Virus record (IMG/VR): IMGVR_UViG_3300042868_010462
Span: 83,875-147,874 of that record
DNA from: a virus
Strand: one strand, 5' to 3'
Length of the DNA stretch: 64,000 nucleotides
This document shows, in pieces, positions 39,295-50,539 of this stretch. A model generated the notes under the pieces. The model was not told the origin of the DNA, made no database searches, and saw only the letters and a program-made list of their open reading frames with translations. The position numbers and the translations under genes were made by a program. Each line of letters opens with the position of its first letter. Within the stretch, counting starts at the first letter, position 1.

Positions 39295-39749
39295 AATTAT
39301 TCTTTTCGACAATAAGGTACTTTACCTGAAGGGTCTTGTAGTACAACTCCGAATTCTGTTTTAATTTCAGTAGGATTAGGTGGATTTTTAACACTCGAAC
39401 ATAACGATAAGTTCTCATATGTTTTTTTATCCAACTTTTTAGTGGTTGTTGTTGTTACAACACCTTGTTCCATTAATCTATTTTTTTCAATTAAAACATT
39501 TCTTTCTTGTATGAGTTTTGTTTTTCTGTATGACATATTGTTTTTAAATATAAATATATATCTAACTCAATAATCTTTTAACCTGTTCCATAATTTGTAC
39601 TTGTCTTCGTTCCAAATCATTAATTCTTTGTTTTTGTTGATTAGACAACTCCAAACTTTCACCTTTTATTCTATTTATTTCATTAAATAATTTGGTATGT
39701 TCATTTAGTAAACTACCATAAATTTGAGCTTTTTGTTCTTCAGTCATTT

Positions 39750-40250
39750 TTGTATTTTATGTTTTTTATCAAAAAATATGAGTTTTATATAAAACTTAGT
39801 GTTATTATACTATCAATAATACAACCATTTATTCTTTTGTCAATATGTGGTGAATTATGGTCTTTATCAAGTTATTGGAGAACACCACTTCAACCAATGT
39901 TCATAATAATAAACGCAGCCACAAGTTACTTCTTCTTTAGTACAGACAAATGGTTGGTACCTTCGATTCTGTTATTACTTCTGACTGCGTTTTCTTTAGA
40001 CCTATACCCAACAACACATAATATTATTGCAGGTCTTTTCTTTCTCTCTTGTTCCTATCCTCTTATGACATTAAAAAGATTCCAATTTTTTGGTATTCTT
40101 TATTATATGTCAATATTTGTATTGTTGTATTCAGGTATGTTGTGGTTCGAGATTTATTGTGTTTTAATACTGGGGTCATACCATCTTACAATACTTTTAT
40201 ATAAACATCATTTAGATAAATTAAGAGAAGAATCACATAACAAATCATAA
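39750..40250 (+). CDS. polytopic membrane protein
   Basis: Multiple hydrophobic segments. Confidence 0.65.
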   Translation: MYFMFFIKKYEFYIKLSVIILSIIQPFILLSICGELWSLSSYWRTPLQPMFIIINAATSYFFFSTDKWLVPSILLLLLTAFSLDLYPTTHNIIAGLFFLSCSYPLMTLKRFQFFGILYYMSIFVLLYSGMLWFEIYCVLILGSYHLTILLYKHHLDKLREESHNKS

Positions 40251-40840
40251 CTTTGATTAATTTGATGTTTAATAATCAATTCATCATAACGCCATAACTC
40301 GTATTTTTCTATAACCATACCAATGTGTTTCCAATATTCACCAAATCCATAACCTTTACAATGATTTGTCCAATATTTCCAATTTTTACCAACAGCGTGT
40401 TTGTAATATTTCTTAAGAAATAAAGCATGGTCTTCAAATGATTCAGAGAAACTTTCATACTTTCTCCATTTTGTTCCACCCAAAGATACATAATAATCAC
40501 CATCGTACAATTCTTTATAATACTTCATACCGAATAGATTATTTGCATTCTTTGCAATTGGTGAATACCCACCCCCACTTTCAGCTATCGCTTGTGCTAA
40601 TTGAACACTTGTAGGTATACCATGTTCTAAGTGATAGTACATTGCAATTTCGTGGTAATTATCACAAAATTTACTATACGGGTGTTTTCGATTTATTTTC
40701 ACCTTGTTTGATAATTGTATTGCTACAACATCATTGTGAACTTTCTTTTCAACCTCCGAAGAAACTGAAATTTTTTGTGGACTATTAGAATCCAAGGAAA
40801 CCAACAAGAACCACAAAATGATTGCAATTATCTTTTTCAT
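40208..40840 (-). CDS. GH73 glucosaminidase (FlgJ-like)
   Basis: AQAIAESGGG...ANNLFGMK...WRKY. Confidence 0.85.
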   Translation of the reverse strand: MKKIIAIILWFLLVSLDSNSPQKISVSSEVEKKVHNDVVAIQLSNKVKINRKHPYSKFCDNYHEIAMYYHLEHGIPTSVQLAQAIAESGGGYSPIAKNANNLFGMKYYKELYDGDYYVSLGGTKWRKYESFSESFEDHALFLKKYYKHAVGKNWKYWTNHCKGYGFGEYWKHIGMVIEKYELWRYDELIIKHQINQSYDLLCDSSLNLSK

Positions 40841-40926
40841 TTTGTTTTTTGTTTTTGTAAAACCACAATTCGTTTTACCCCATTACATTATAAATATAAT
40901 AGTTAAGTAAGTAAAGCCACAAAGTG

Positions 40927-41385
40927 TTAAACTGGATAAACTGCGTTGATTTGGAGTTGGTAAGTTTTTTCAAACCAAGCTTTCAACATTTTTTCGAAAA
41001 GTTCTTTACCAAAAGCACCTGAAACATTCTTAAGTTCCCAAGCATGATATTCTAAATTGTAATCGTCTGAATTGTCTACTGGTAATACTTTAAACACATA
41101 TTCATCGTCTTCCCAATCTATTTCAGGGTCAACATAATAAACATATGCTTGGTATATATCATAAGTCTTAAAATCTTCATACTCCCTCTGAACTTCAATT
41201 AGATTTTCATACTTCTCCATCATAGAATCAAACAAGTTTTTTAATCTTTCTTCCTTGTTTTCATTAACAAACTTTAACTTATTTGTAATTCTAAATTCAT
41301 TTTTATTAAGTTGATGATGAAGTTCCCAGTTATGAATTGAGTTATTGTATTCTTCCAATAATATTTTTTTAATTATCTTTTTCAT
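40927..41385 (-). CDS. hypothetical protein with MKKIIKKILLEE leader
   Basis: ORF track. Confidence 0.7.
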   Translation of the reverse strand: MKKIIKKILLEEYNNSIHNWELHHQLNKNEFRITNKLKFVNENKEERLKNLFDSMMEKYENLIEVQREYEDFKTYDIYQAYVYYVDPEIDWEDDEYVFKVLPVDNSDDYNLEYHAWELKNVSGAFGKELFEKMLKAWFEKTYQLQINAVYPV

Positions 41386-41388
41386 CTA

Positions 41389-42075
41389 TTAGGATATAAA
41401 TAAATTGTATTCTTGTTCTCTTCTATTTGCTAATCCCTCTGTTGTACCAATATAAAAAGTTTTCACAAGTTCAGCAGCTTTTTTTGTATTACCTTTTTTT
41501 AGTTCTTGTATAAATCTAGATTTTCTCATACTTGTACATCCAGCATTGAATGTCATTGAAACCATAGCATCAAATTGTCCTTGAGTTAATTTATAAGTTT
41601 TTAAATCATTTTTTTTCCATTCATCCATTATTCGTCTGATACAACCAATAGCATCGCCAGAATCTTGAACCAAAAAATCTTCAGCTTGTTTTTTGGTTAT
41701 TTTCATACCAACCCTAACACCATCGGTATGACCATATCCAATCGTTGGTATTCCCCTTGAGTCAAGATATCCTACCAACTTAGGTTGTTTTACCCCACCA
41801 ATTCTATTTGCTGCGTCACCCTCCCATTCTCTAACTATTTTTTTGTAATCATTTGTTATATTCATAACAGAACCATCCATCAATTGTTTCCCACTAATTT
41901 TCTGTGGTTCAGGATTGGCAATACCTTTTGGTTTTACCTTTTTTGTTGTTTCTATTTTTTTCTGAGAAGGTCTTTGAATCCCCACCATTTTATATGGGTC
42001 AGTTATATTTCCAATCGTTTTATTTACTTGTTGTAAAATATTATCGTATTGTTGTTCAGTAATTATAATTTTCAT
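41389..42075 (-). CDS. GH24 lysozyme with MKIIITEQQ leader
   Basis: EG...YLDSRGIPTIGYGH, QFDAMVSMTFNAG, GLANRREQE. Confidence 0.9.
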   Translation of the reverse strand: MKIIITEQQYDNILQQVNKTIGNITDPYKMVGIQRPSQKKIETTKKVKPKGIANPEPQKISGKQLMDGSVMNITNDYKKIVREWEGDAANRIGGVKQPKLVGYLDSRGIPTIGYGHTDGVRVGMKITKKQAEDFLVQDSGDAIGCIRRIMDEWKKNDLKTYKLTQGQFDAMVSMTFNAGCTSMRKSRFIQELKKGNTKKAAELVKTFYIGTTEGLANRREQEYNLFIS

Positions 42076-42160
42076 AAATGAATTTTACAATAAATATCAC
42101 AAATAAAAATCCCCACCTTATTGATGGGGATGTGTCTGATAAATAGTTTAAAATTTATAA

Positions 42161-43072
42161 TTATAAAAGTATTGATTTTCCGTTGAATCTTCTTGCTTCA
42201 AAAAGTATATCTAATGTTGTCTCACCTTCGAAACTGAAATACCTTTCAAACATTTCACTCATTAAACCACCCAAGAATCCAGTAACATTACCTGCAGCCT
42301 TAGAAATACCACTACCAATATCACTTGCGGTTTTCGAAATTTGTGAACCAACATTTTGGGCTGTTTTTTTTGCTGTCTGATAAGCACCTGAAGCTAAAGA
42401 TTTAGCTTGTTCCCAAGTTTTACCAACCTGTGCTTGAACTGTTGACCATTGTTGTTTAAGATAATCTCCGACCAAATTAGCAATTGTACCTATTTTAGAT
42501 GCTCCACTTAATACTGCAGCATAAATCTTGGAACCAAATTGTTTTGCTTGACCAATAATCCATTTACCTAAGGTTACTGATGAATCTTTAAGGTTAGAAA
42601 GTTGTTGTCCTACATATTGAGCACCCTTATCAATTAATATACCACCAGCTTTTAAAGTATCTACTGATTTCTTACCTAATTCAGTTGCCCCCCCAATAAC
42701 TAATTTACCTGTTGATGATAATAATTTTAATAAAGCATCGGATGTGGCTTTAGCTATTCTATAAACACCTTTACCAATCAACCAAATAACTGCAGCACCA
42801 TATATTACAATTGTAAAGGTAATGTTACCCAAAGTCACAATAGTTTGTTTACCAGCTTTCATTACTTGTTGTGCTCCACTAGATATAGCTTGACCGGCTA
42901 CCTGAGCACCTTGTTTTACCGCAGTTACCGCCTGACCTACAGCTTGTTTTGTTGCTTGAGCGGCCTTTTGACCTTGTTGTTGTCCTGCTTGATAAGATGT
43001 TGTTTGTTCGTCTATTATTTTTTTTATTAATCTTGTCAAATCAGATTCAGTTAGAGTTATAATCCTTTTCAT
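42161..43072 (-). CDS. Gln/Ala/Gly-rich helical protein with TM segment and RLTESDL-type leader
   Basis: Amphipathic low-complexity repeats. Confidence 0.75.
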   Translation of the reverse strand: MKRIITLTESDLTRLIKKIIDEQTTSYQAGQQQGQKAAQATKQAVGQAVTAVKQGAQVAGQAISSGAQQVMKAGKQTIVTLGNITFTIVIYGAAVIWLIGKGVYRIAKATSDALLKLLSSTGKLVIGGATELGKKSVDTLKAGGILIDKGAQYVGQQLSNLKDSSVTLGKWIIGQAKQFGSKIYAAVLSGASKIGTIANLVGDYLKQQWSTVQAQVGKTWEQAKSLASGAYQTAKKTAQNVGSQISKTASDIGSGISKAAGNVTGFLGGLMSEMFERYFSFEGETTLDILFEARRFNGKSILL

Positions 43073-43136
43073 TTTTATACTTTTTATAATTTTATTATTG
43101 TCTATAAATATATCATAAAAATAAAAAAATTACCCA

Positions 43137-43529
43137 TTATAAATTCAATATACCATCCTTGACTATTGTTTCATTTGGTAACCAAATCTTTATCTCAAAA
43201 TTTTCAACCAGTTCCAATTCACCAATTTTTATTTTATCCTTTAGGTTTGGTAAAGTTATAATCAATGTTTGATTATTAATCTGACTTTCAAAATTATATC
43301 GACCATTTTTTGCCAAAACATCCAAAATTTCATACCTAAGATTTGTTTTAACCATCAATTCCACCCTAACATATGTCTTGTCCCAAGTTAAAACAGATTT
43401 TTTACACTCCAAAGGGAATACAACCTCATTCACATTTACATTAAAAGACCTAATTAATGTTTTCTCGGATTGTCCAAAAGAGATATAACTACCAAGTAAA
43501 AAAACTAACAACAGAATTAAATTTTTCAT
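43137..43529 (-). CDS. hypothetical secreted protein
   Basis: Signal peptide; TATATTTG upstream. Confidence 0.7.
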   Translation of the reverse strand: MKNLILLLVFLLGSYISFGQSEKTLIRSFNVNVNEVVFPLECKKSVLTWDKTYVRVELMVKTNLRYEILDVLAKNGRYNFESQINNQTLIITLPNLKDKIKIGELELVENFEIKIWLPNETIVKDGILNL

Positions 43530-43655
43530 AATAAGATTTTTTTTAATCGTTTATAGTTCAAATATAACTATAAATATCAAAAAAACAAATAAAATTCTGT
43601 GGATTACTTCAAAAATTGTAATTAAAAACCCACTCTTACTCAGGTGGGGTTTAAT

Positions 43656-45158
43656 TTACCTATAATAAAATTTATTTTGTATGAATTGTTCAATTATATC
43701 CCAATTATCTGAGTAATAATCTTCGTTGGAAATATACGATGGCTCAAACTCATAATCATAATCTCTACCATCGTGAAATTCTTGCATACTTCCTGTCAAT
43801 TCAAACATTTCACCATTATCTAATTCCTTTGTGAATGTGACATCATCACCATCAAATTCAACATTACCATAAAACTTTTGTTCAAAATGAACTTGGATTG
43901 GGAAACTCTTACTGAAAATATTTTTTAATTCATTATGTAATTGAACTTTGATAGCATTTTCTCTTTTGAAACTTTCCTCACCAGGAAGAATAATCTCAAG
44001 CATCTTGCCTGTGAAGTAAACATCAACAATTTCATTCTTAAATGATTTCTTGACATATCTTATTACAGCATCTTCAAATTGACTTTCAGTTATTATAATT
44101 TTCATTCCCCACAATTTTTAATAAATGTATTTGTAATTAATTCACCATAATTTTTGATAAGATAATGTTCCATTTGATAAAATATATTTTCAAACTCCAT
44201 ATCTTCTTCATCAATATTATAATGAGAAGTAAAATTAAAATTATTATAACAAAACTCATTAATTGCCTCAGTTACGACAATAAGAAATTGACTTGGGGTT
44301 TCATAAAGGTCACACATACCAATTTTCTTATCGAAGTCATAAACTTTATGAAATTTATTTTCCATATAGAAATCAATTAAATCAGTAATTCTTTTATCCT
44401 CCAACTCGAAACCAAATCTATCAATAAATTGATTTGTATCCATACCCATCATTCTGGCCGTATTATAGATACCATCTTCCATAACCTTTTTGGATATGGT
44501 TTGTTTTAATTTCTCCAACTTACTTTCCGAAATAATAATTCTCATATACAATATATATTAACAATTTCCAACATAAGAACCGATGTGAAAATTAATACCT
44601 GAAAATATTGTTTTCAATTCCTCTTTTATTTCTTTTTTTAATCTAACAACATCAATCCAAAAATCATCAGTATTATTTTCATCCCTCCAATCTTGAGATA
44701 TTATAGCCATTATCCAAAACACATCATCCTCATCATAACCATCAACCTCAAAACGACATATCTTACCTGAATATCTATTTAATAATTTATCCAAATACTT
44801 TTGTAATACTCTATCAAATTGATTCTCGTTAATTCTAATCTTCATATATTATATCGTTGAAAAATAATTTTATATTTGGGAAATGTGTACCAATTAAATA
44901 TTGAATTGTTGCTCTAATATTATCAAAATCCTCTCTATTACCACTAACATAAAAATTAAGATAAACATTTAATCCTGTATATGGCACAATTCTATCAATC
45001 TCAATTCTCTTAACAGATTCCAACTCCTCCAATTCATCCATCTCACCCAATCCCCAATCCTGAGATTCTTCTCTCAAATTATCCAATTCACCATCAATCA
45101 AATTTTGAATGTGTTTTTTGAATTTCTCCAATTGTTTATCCGTGATTTCTACTTTCAT
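43656..45158 (-). other. operon of four small leader-bearing hypothetical proteins
   Basis: ORFs 43656-44105, 44102-44545, 44558-44845, 44835-45158 (starts MKIIITESQ, MRIIISESK, MKIRINENQ, MKVEITDKQ). Confidence 0.7.
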
Positions 45159-45397
45159 AATATATAAATATCTTAAATAAAAAACCCAACTTTTATTGTT
45201 GGGTTGTTAAACATTTTTTCAAAACCTCTTTATTCTCATTCATTCTTTTCAAGGTTTTCTTAAATGATTTTTTACTTTGTCTTTTGTTTCTTGGAACTCT
45301 TTTATTCTTTGCCATAATTTTTTAATATAAATATACTTCTATAAAAAAAAGGTTAGGGACTCAATACGAGTGAAACAAGGAAATCATCAGATAATAT

Positions 45398-46048
45398 TTA
45401 ATTATTTTGGTGTTTAAAAGAAAAAGGTCTTTTTATTATTTGACAACACTTTTTACACAACCATTTTTTTTCTTTATCTATTTGTTTGATAGTCCCTTTA
45501 GCATCATTCATCAAACATTCATTATCAAAATCACAATGTTCTAAACCTAAATTATGACCTATTTCATGTAAACATACTTTTTCAACCCTTTCTTTTATAA
45601 TTTCTTTAGATACATTTTTTTTCATTCTGAATGTTGATACAACACAAGTGTTTCCAGGTCTATATCCCAAACCAAGAATACCCCATTCATCAATCATACC
45701 CTTTTTCATTGTAATATCAATTTCAGTAATAATTAATAGATTTTGATTTGAGTCAAATTTTTTTAATATTGTACTTGCACAATATCTTTTTTTACTTTTG
45801 GAAAGTAAATCATCAGTTAATTCAACACGTGGTTTTATTTCACACTTATAATTGTAAAAGGACTCAACTGAATTTTTGATGATGTTTAAATATTCTGGTG
45901 AAACATCACCTAAAGGTAGGATATTAATTTTTGGTTTAATATCTGTTTTTTTAATATTTTTAGATATCTTTTCATTTGTTGGTTTACACGATAATAGAAA
46001 TATTGATGTCACCAAAATTGTTGTAAGTATTATAATTGTATTTTTCAT
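45398..46048 (-). CDS. archaemetzincin-like metalloprotease, probable lipoprotein
   Basis: LLSC lipobox; HEIGHNLGLEHC..CLM...LCKKC. Confidence 0.85.
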   Translation of the reverse strand: MKNTIIILTTILVTSIFLLSCKPTNEKISKNIKKTDIKPKINILPLGDVSPEYLNIIKNSVESFYNYKCEIKPRVELTDDLLSKSKKRYCASTILKKFDSNQNLLIITEIDITMKKGMIDEWGILGLGYRPGNTCVVSTFRMKKNVSKEIIKERVEKVCLHEIGHNLGLEHCDFDNECLMNDAKGTIKQIDKEKKWLCKKCCQIIKRPFSFKHQNN

Positions 46049-46100
46049 AATACAAAGATAATAAACAAAGACCTAACTACAAAAGATTTTCTTATTGTAA

Positions 46101-47171
46101 TTACACAAAATTACTAGTACCTTGAGCCCCAAGTGATTGAGGAGATGGGCATACCTCACTATTTAACATTTTATCGAAATAATTTTTAGAATTATCAACC
46201 AAATAGTTCTCATTGGATTCTGATAATACAAAAACTTTAGCTTTATCCCAATATTTTTGTAAAATATTCAAAAATTCTGTTGTTAAATTTATGCAACCAT
46301 ATGATAAATCTAAATTTAAACCACCAGTGGATACCGCATTTATAAATTCCTTTTTTGCCTCAGGGTTTTTAACATCTCCCAAAAACTTTTTTGCCTTTTG
46401 TAATACTAATGTTCGTGGTTGTTCTAGGTAATAACCATGAATTGCTTGTGTGTATTGTTTGTTATTTTGAACCAAATGTTTTATATTATTTATCTTTCCC
46501 GCATACGATGCGTCACTCGTAATCGTACCCATATCATAAACACCAGGAGAGGTAAACCTCTTGTTATTTCTATCTATCCAATCATACACATAATCATGAT
46601 TGTATTTTCTATTCTGACTTGTTTGGTCAACATATCCCTTACCATTAATCCATTTAAAACCCGCTTTGATAGCTGACTCATCCCAAGATAACATAGCATT
46701 TGCTATATCCGTAGGGTTAGTGGGTTGTTTGTTTTTTCCTGAAATAATTACATCTTTCGCAATAAAATTACCATTCGGGTCAAACAGATATATCAATTGA
46801 TTTAAAGTGTCAACTACAATCAAATTATAAGTTCTCATCAATGGTCTAATACAATTCAAAGCAATTTCACAAGAAATTCTATCATTCTTTATTGTTTTAT
46901 AATACATTTCAGCTCTTTTATTTATTAAATTATTAATATAATTCCAAATAGTTGTATCAACTGTAATCGATGGTAAATTAAGTTGTTTTTTGTAAAAATC
47001 GTAAATATTTTCAATATCAACAATTTGTTTAGAGTCCTTATTAATATAAGGACAAAATTGTTTTTGTCTCTCTGATGATTTTTTAATTTCAGGTTTTGAT
47101 TCTTGTTCACTCAAAATACCATACAATAATTTGATTAAAACCTTTTCCTCCTCCGTAATTCTAACTTTCAT
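46101..47171 (-). CDS. L,D-transpeptidase (YkuD)-like protein with leader
   Basis: VVD...IYLF...ISGK; AIHG...SYGCINL. Confidence 0.7.
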   Translation of the reverse strand: MKVRITEEEKVLIKLLYGILSEQESKPEIKKSSERQKQFCPYINKDSKQIVDIENIYDFYKKQLNLPSITVDTTIWNYINNLINKRAEMYYKTIKNDRISCEIALNCIRPLMRTYNLIVVDTLNQLIYLFDPNGNFIAKDVIISGKNKQPTNPTDIANAMLSWDESAIKAGFKWINGKGYVDQTSQNRKYNHDYVYDWIDRNNKRFTSPGVYDMGTITSDASYAGKINNIKHLVQNNKQYTQAIHGYYLEQPRTLVLQKAKKFLGDVKNPEAKKEFINAVSTGGLNLDLSYGCINLTTEFLNILQKYWDKAKVFVLSESNENYLVDNSKNYFDKMLNSEVCPSPQSLGAQGTSNFV

Positions 47172-47241
47172 AAATTTTTATTTATAAATATATCAGTCAA
47201 ATAATAATCCCCACCTATGTAAGAGTGGGGATTATTAAATT

Positions 47242-47859
47242 TTAAACCAACCTTCTAATTATTTCTCGTATCTTGGCTTCAGATATATTTGTACCTCCAC
47301 CATCCAACTTATCAGTAAAACCTTTCAACTTATCAAATGCTGGATGAGAAGATATTGGTTCTTTTTTTGCATCCTTCATAACATCCCAAGTTGATGGCTT
47401 AATCTTCATATGGTTTTTAACCAAATATTTTATTTCATCAACATCAGTTCCTTCATAAGATTCAACCCAATCTCTAAATTGTTCAACATATTTTTCTGAT
47501 TTATCTTCATGTCCATATGCGGTAGGTTCTCCTGTCTTAGGATTAATTCCATAGGTATCCATTTTACCCAAATCATGAAATAATGCGGTCATTATCATAT
47601 TGGGGTCATCAGGATAATGATGATACGCCCTCTTGATTACAACCAAAATATGTTTTAATGAATTACCCTCAGGATGCCATTTTGGATTCTGTTTTGCATC
47701 CCATTGTTTGAATAATAATTCTTTTAATTCTTGGGGTAAATCATCATATAATTCTCTATACGATTTTGGAAATTCTTTTTTGTTTTCTTCCATTTCATTT
47801 ATTGTTTGTTTAACCAAACTTAATAAATCTCTTTCAGTTAGTCTAATTATTTTTTTCAT
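47242..47859 (-). CDS. HD-domain protein with RLTE leader
   Basis: QNPKWHPEG...H...ALFHDLGK...GH...HM, as in the HD domain of CCA-adding enzymes. Confidence 0.85.
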   Translation of the reverse strand: MKKIIRLTERDLLSLVKQTINEMEENKKEFPKSYRELYDDLPQELKELLFKQWDAKQNPKWHPEGNSLKHILVVIKRAYHHYPDDPNMIMTALFHDLGKMDTYGINPKTGEPTAYGHEDKSEKYVEQFRDWVESYEGTDVDEIKYLVKNHMKIKPSTWDVMKDAKKEPISSHPAFDKLKGFTDKLDGGGTNISEAKIREIIRRLV

Positions 47860-47862
47860 ATT

Positions 47863-48911
47863 TTAGTTTTTATTTATAAAGTCATTATATACATTCTCAT
47901 CAAAGAAAAATCTACCCCCCAATTCCACAGAATTAACACCATAGTCATATCTATAATCATTATCAAGATATGCCTTGATTAAATCACCACCATCCACAGT
48001 TATGGTTACCAATGGAGAACCCTTTTTTTCATATGAAACATCATCATCCACCCTTTCCTCATTTCCCTCACCAATATATTCAAAGTCATCATTCATAAAA
48101 CCCAATAACATATCAACCTCTTGCTTTAATCTTTCAGGATTTATATAATCACCATAGTTAGAAAAGAAATCATCAATTTCATCCTTAAATTGTTCATAGG
48201 TAGGATATTCACTTGATTCATCATCATTTGTCATTTCAAATTCATCATCACCATCCATTTCCATTAATGGTTTTACATTTCCCAAACTTGATTTCAATAA
48301 TTTATTGAATTTTTGTGTTTCAACAATCAAGGAATTATTATATTGTTCCAAGATTCTATTTTTTTCTTCACCAGATAAATCGTTTAATAAATGTTTCATA
48401 ATTTTTTATTTATAAATATATTTTATTTCAAAAAAGGGGTTGGGGATTGAATACGACCGAAGGGAGAAAAATTATATTATAATAACCCCATTATCGATTT
48501 AATCTCCATCTTCAATTTATCAAAATCAGGCATCTTAAAATAACCCTGCCATACCAATGTCTTCCCATTCTCCATATTCATTGTCGTACCCACTCCATTA
48601 ATTAATTTCTTTGACAGTTCAACATTAGATGTGGGACTAGTAACAAACAAACGATATGTACTCTCATCATCAACAATCTTAGGTCCAACCTTCAACTCTA
48701 ATTCCCCACCATTCTTACCCTTATAATATAATTGATTGTTGACAAAAACCATCCCCAATTCCTTACCAATCTTTTCCATATCAATCTTACCTTGAAAGGT
48801 GGGAACACCAGGAGGAGCTTGGTCAATATACAAATCAACATTCTGCTCAGAAATTATTCTATTTACCAATTTAATTAATTCACCCTCTGTTAATCTTATA
48901 ATTCTTTTCAT
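47863..48911 (-). other. two leader-bearing hypothetical proteins
   Basis: ORFs 47863-48399 and 48477-48911, each with TATTTATA upstream. Confidence 0.7.
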
Positions 48912-49019
48912 AAATCAATTTTAATATAAATATACAAAATTAAAAAGGGGCTGGGGATTTGAATACGAGTGAAACGAGAAAATATAAAACCCCACTCTAT
49001 AATGAATGGGGAAACTAAT

Positions 49020-49562
49020 TTACCTAATAATAAGATTAGGATTTATCTTTATGTTTTCAAATATAGTGTCAAAATTATAAATGATGATATTTCTACTTTC
49101 ATAATCAGTAATATCCTTTATGTAATAACCAGTAGTTGCCGACAAACTATTATGTTCCATCTTGGTTACTGTCACCGTAACATTGTACTTATATAAAAAA
49201 TCAGTAAACTCCTCAATCGTCATATCAGGGTTTTGTTGAAGATATTCCAATAACAACACAACAATAACAACCCTATTAACAACATGCTCCTTAACTATCT
49301 TAAACTCATCCTTTTTAAGTTCACTAATCATCCCATTCTTTTTCATTTCCTTTATCACTTTCTCCAATTCAATTACACCAACAGATTTTAATCCAGTATC
49401 AAAAAAAGAAACATCAAATATCTGACTCCTTAATGAACTAACCAAAGCATCGTATAATATAATATCATTATTCCTAGCTTCAATACAATCTTTTAAACAT
49501 CCTTTGATAAGAATATAACAAGCTTTAATTCTTACTTGCTGACTTGGACTTAATTTTTTCAT
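49020..49562 (-). CDS. hypothetical protein
   Basis: ORF; TATCTTTG upstream. Confidence 0.65.
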   Translation of the reverse strand: MKKLSPSQQVRIKACYILIKGCLKDCIEARNNDIILYDALVSSLRSQIFDVSFFDTGLKSVGVIELEKVIKEMKKNGMISELKKDEFKIVKEHVVNRVVIVVLLLEYLQQNPDMTIEEFTDFLYKYNVTVTVTKMEHNSLSATTGYYIKDITDYESRNIIIYNFDTIFENIKINPNLIIR

Positions 49563-49727
49563 TTTAGTATTTTTTTTTGTTAGTAATCTCAACAAAGATA
49601 TTACTATTTCACAATTTCTAAAATTTTTCCAAAAATATTTTTTTTACAATTTCACTTATATTTGTACACATCAGATTTTTTCCCAAAAAATGGGTTGGGG
49701 ATTTGAATACGAGTGATAACGAGAAAA

Positions 49728-50477
49728 TTATAATTCCGCAATTTGTTGCTCAATTAATTCTTTATATAACGGATGTTCTTTATACTCTTTCAATAGGCTA
49801 AAATAAAAATTAATCTTTTCATCTATCCTTTGTCCCGCAGGTTGTGATGTATCCCATAACTCCAAATTCTCAATTCTATTGTCAGTCCTTATCCCATTTA
49901 TATGATGTATGTTTTGGTGGGGTAATAATTTGATTCCGTAGTGTTGTTCATATATAACCCTATGTTCTCGCATCCCTCTGAATTCACCATGTCTATATTC
50001 AAGATATCCCTTCCCATTAACTATTGGTTCACCCCCCTTCCAATTATAATGATTAGACCCCGACATTCTTTCACTAACAATATCTTTAACCAAACATCCA
50101 CAAGACCTTGTTGGATTTTGTTTTTTTGTCAAATCCTTTCTGAAAACATCCACCTCATTACCACAATCACATTGACATTTCCATTTAACACCATAGTTCT
50201 TTACCGACTCAACAAATTCAGTAACAACTAATCTACCTACCCTCATACCTATTATATTGTCAATTCCTTTTTCCTTTTTTACATAGGTTTTTTTGTGACG
50301 TTCTTTTCGCTTGAGCAATATTGATTCTTTGTTTTTTTCATATTCATTTTTCTTTCTAATACTAGTACAAGGTTTACAATAACTAGCCTTACCATATGTC
50401 CCCTTTTTGTCATTGAAAAAATCATCCAGTACCTTCCCAATTTTACAAGAACTACACACTTTTTTTACTCCACACAT
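49728..50477 (-). CDS. HNH homing endonuclease
   Basis: CSSC/CKPC; WKCQCDCG..SCGC; EHRVI...IHHINGIRTDNRIENL. Confidence 0.88.
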   Translation of the reverse strand: MCGVKKVCSSCKIGKVLDDFFNDKKGTYGKASYCKPCTSIRKKNEYEKNKESILLKRKERHKKTYVKKEKGIDNIIGMRVGRLVVTEFVESVKNYGVKWKCQCDCGNEVDVFRKDLTKKQNPTRSCGCLVKDIVSERMSGSNHYNWKGGEPIVNGKGYLEYRHGEFRGMREHRVIYEQHYGIKLLPHQNIHHINGIRTDNRIENLELWDTSQPAGQRIDEKINFYFSLLKEYKEHPLYKELIEQQIAEL

Positions 50478-50539
50478 ATTATTCGATTTTTTTAAAGATA
50501 GGAGTAATTTTCCAATTTCCCAAAATTTTTTTTTCAATA

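Larger units (their letters stand above)
45351..49727 (+). repeat. four dispersed ~35-bp intergenic repeats
   Basis: Consensus-like GG.TGGGGATT(T)GAATACGAGTGAAACGAGAAAA at 45351, 48436, 48947, 49692. Confidence 0.8.

Noticed and set aside
31124-49012. Recurrent CCCCAC...GTGGGG hairpins
   Set aside because: Explained as ordinary intrinsic terminators at gene ends
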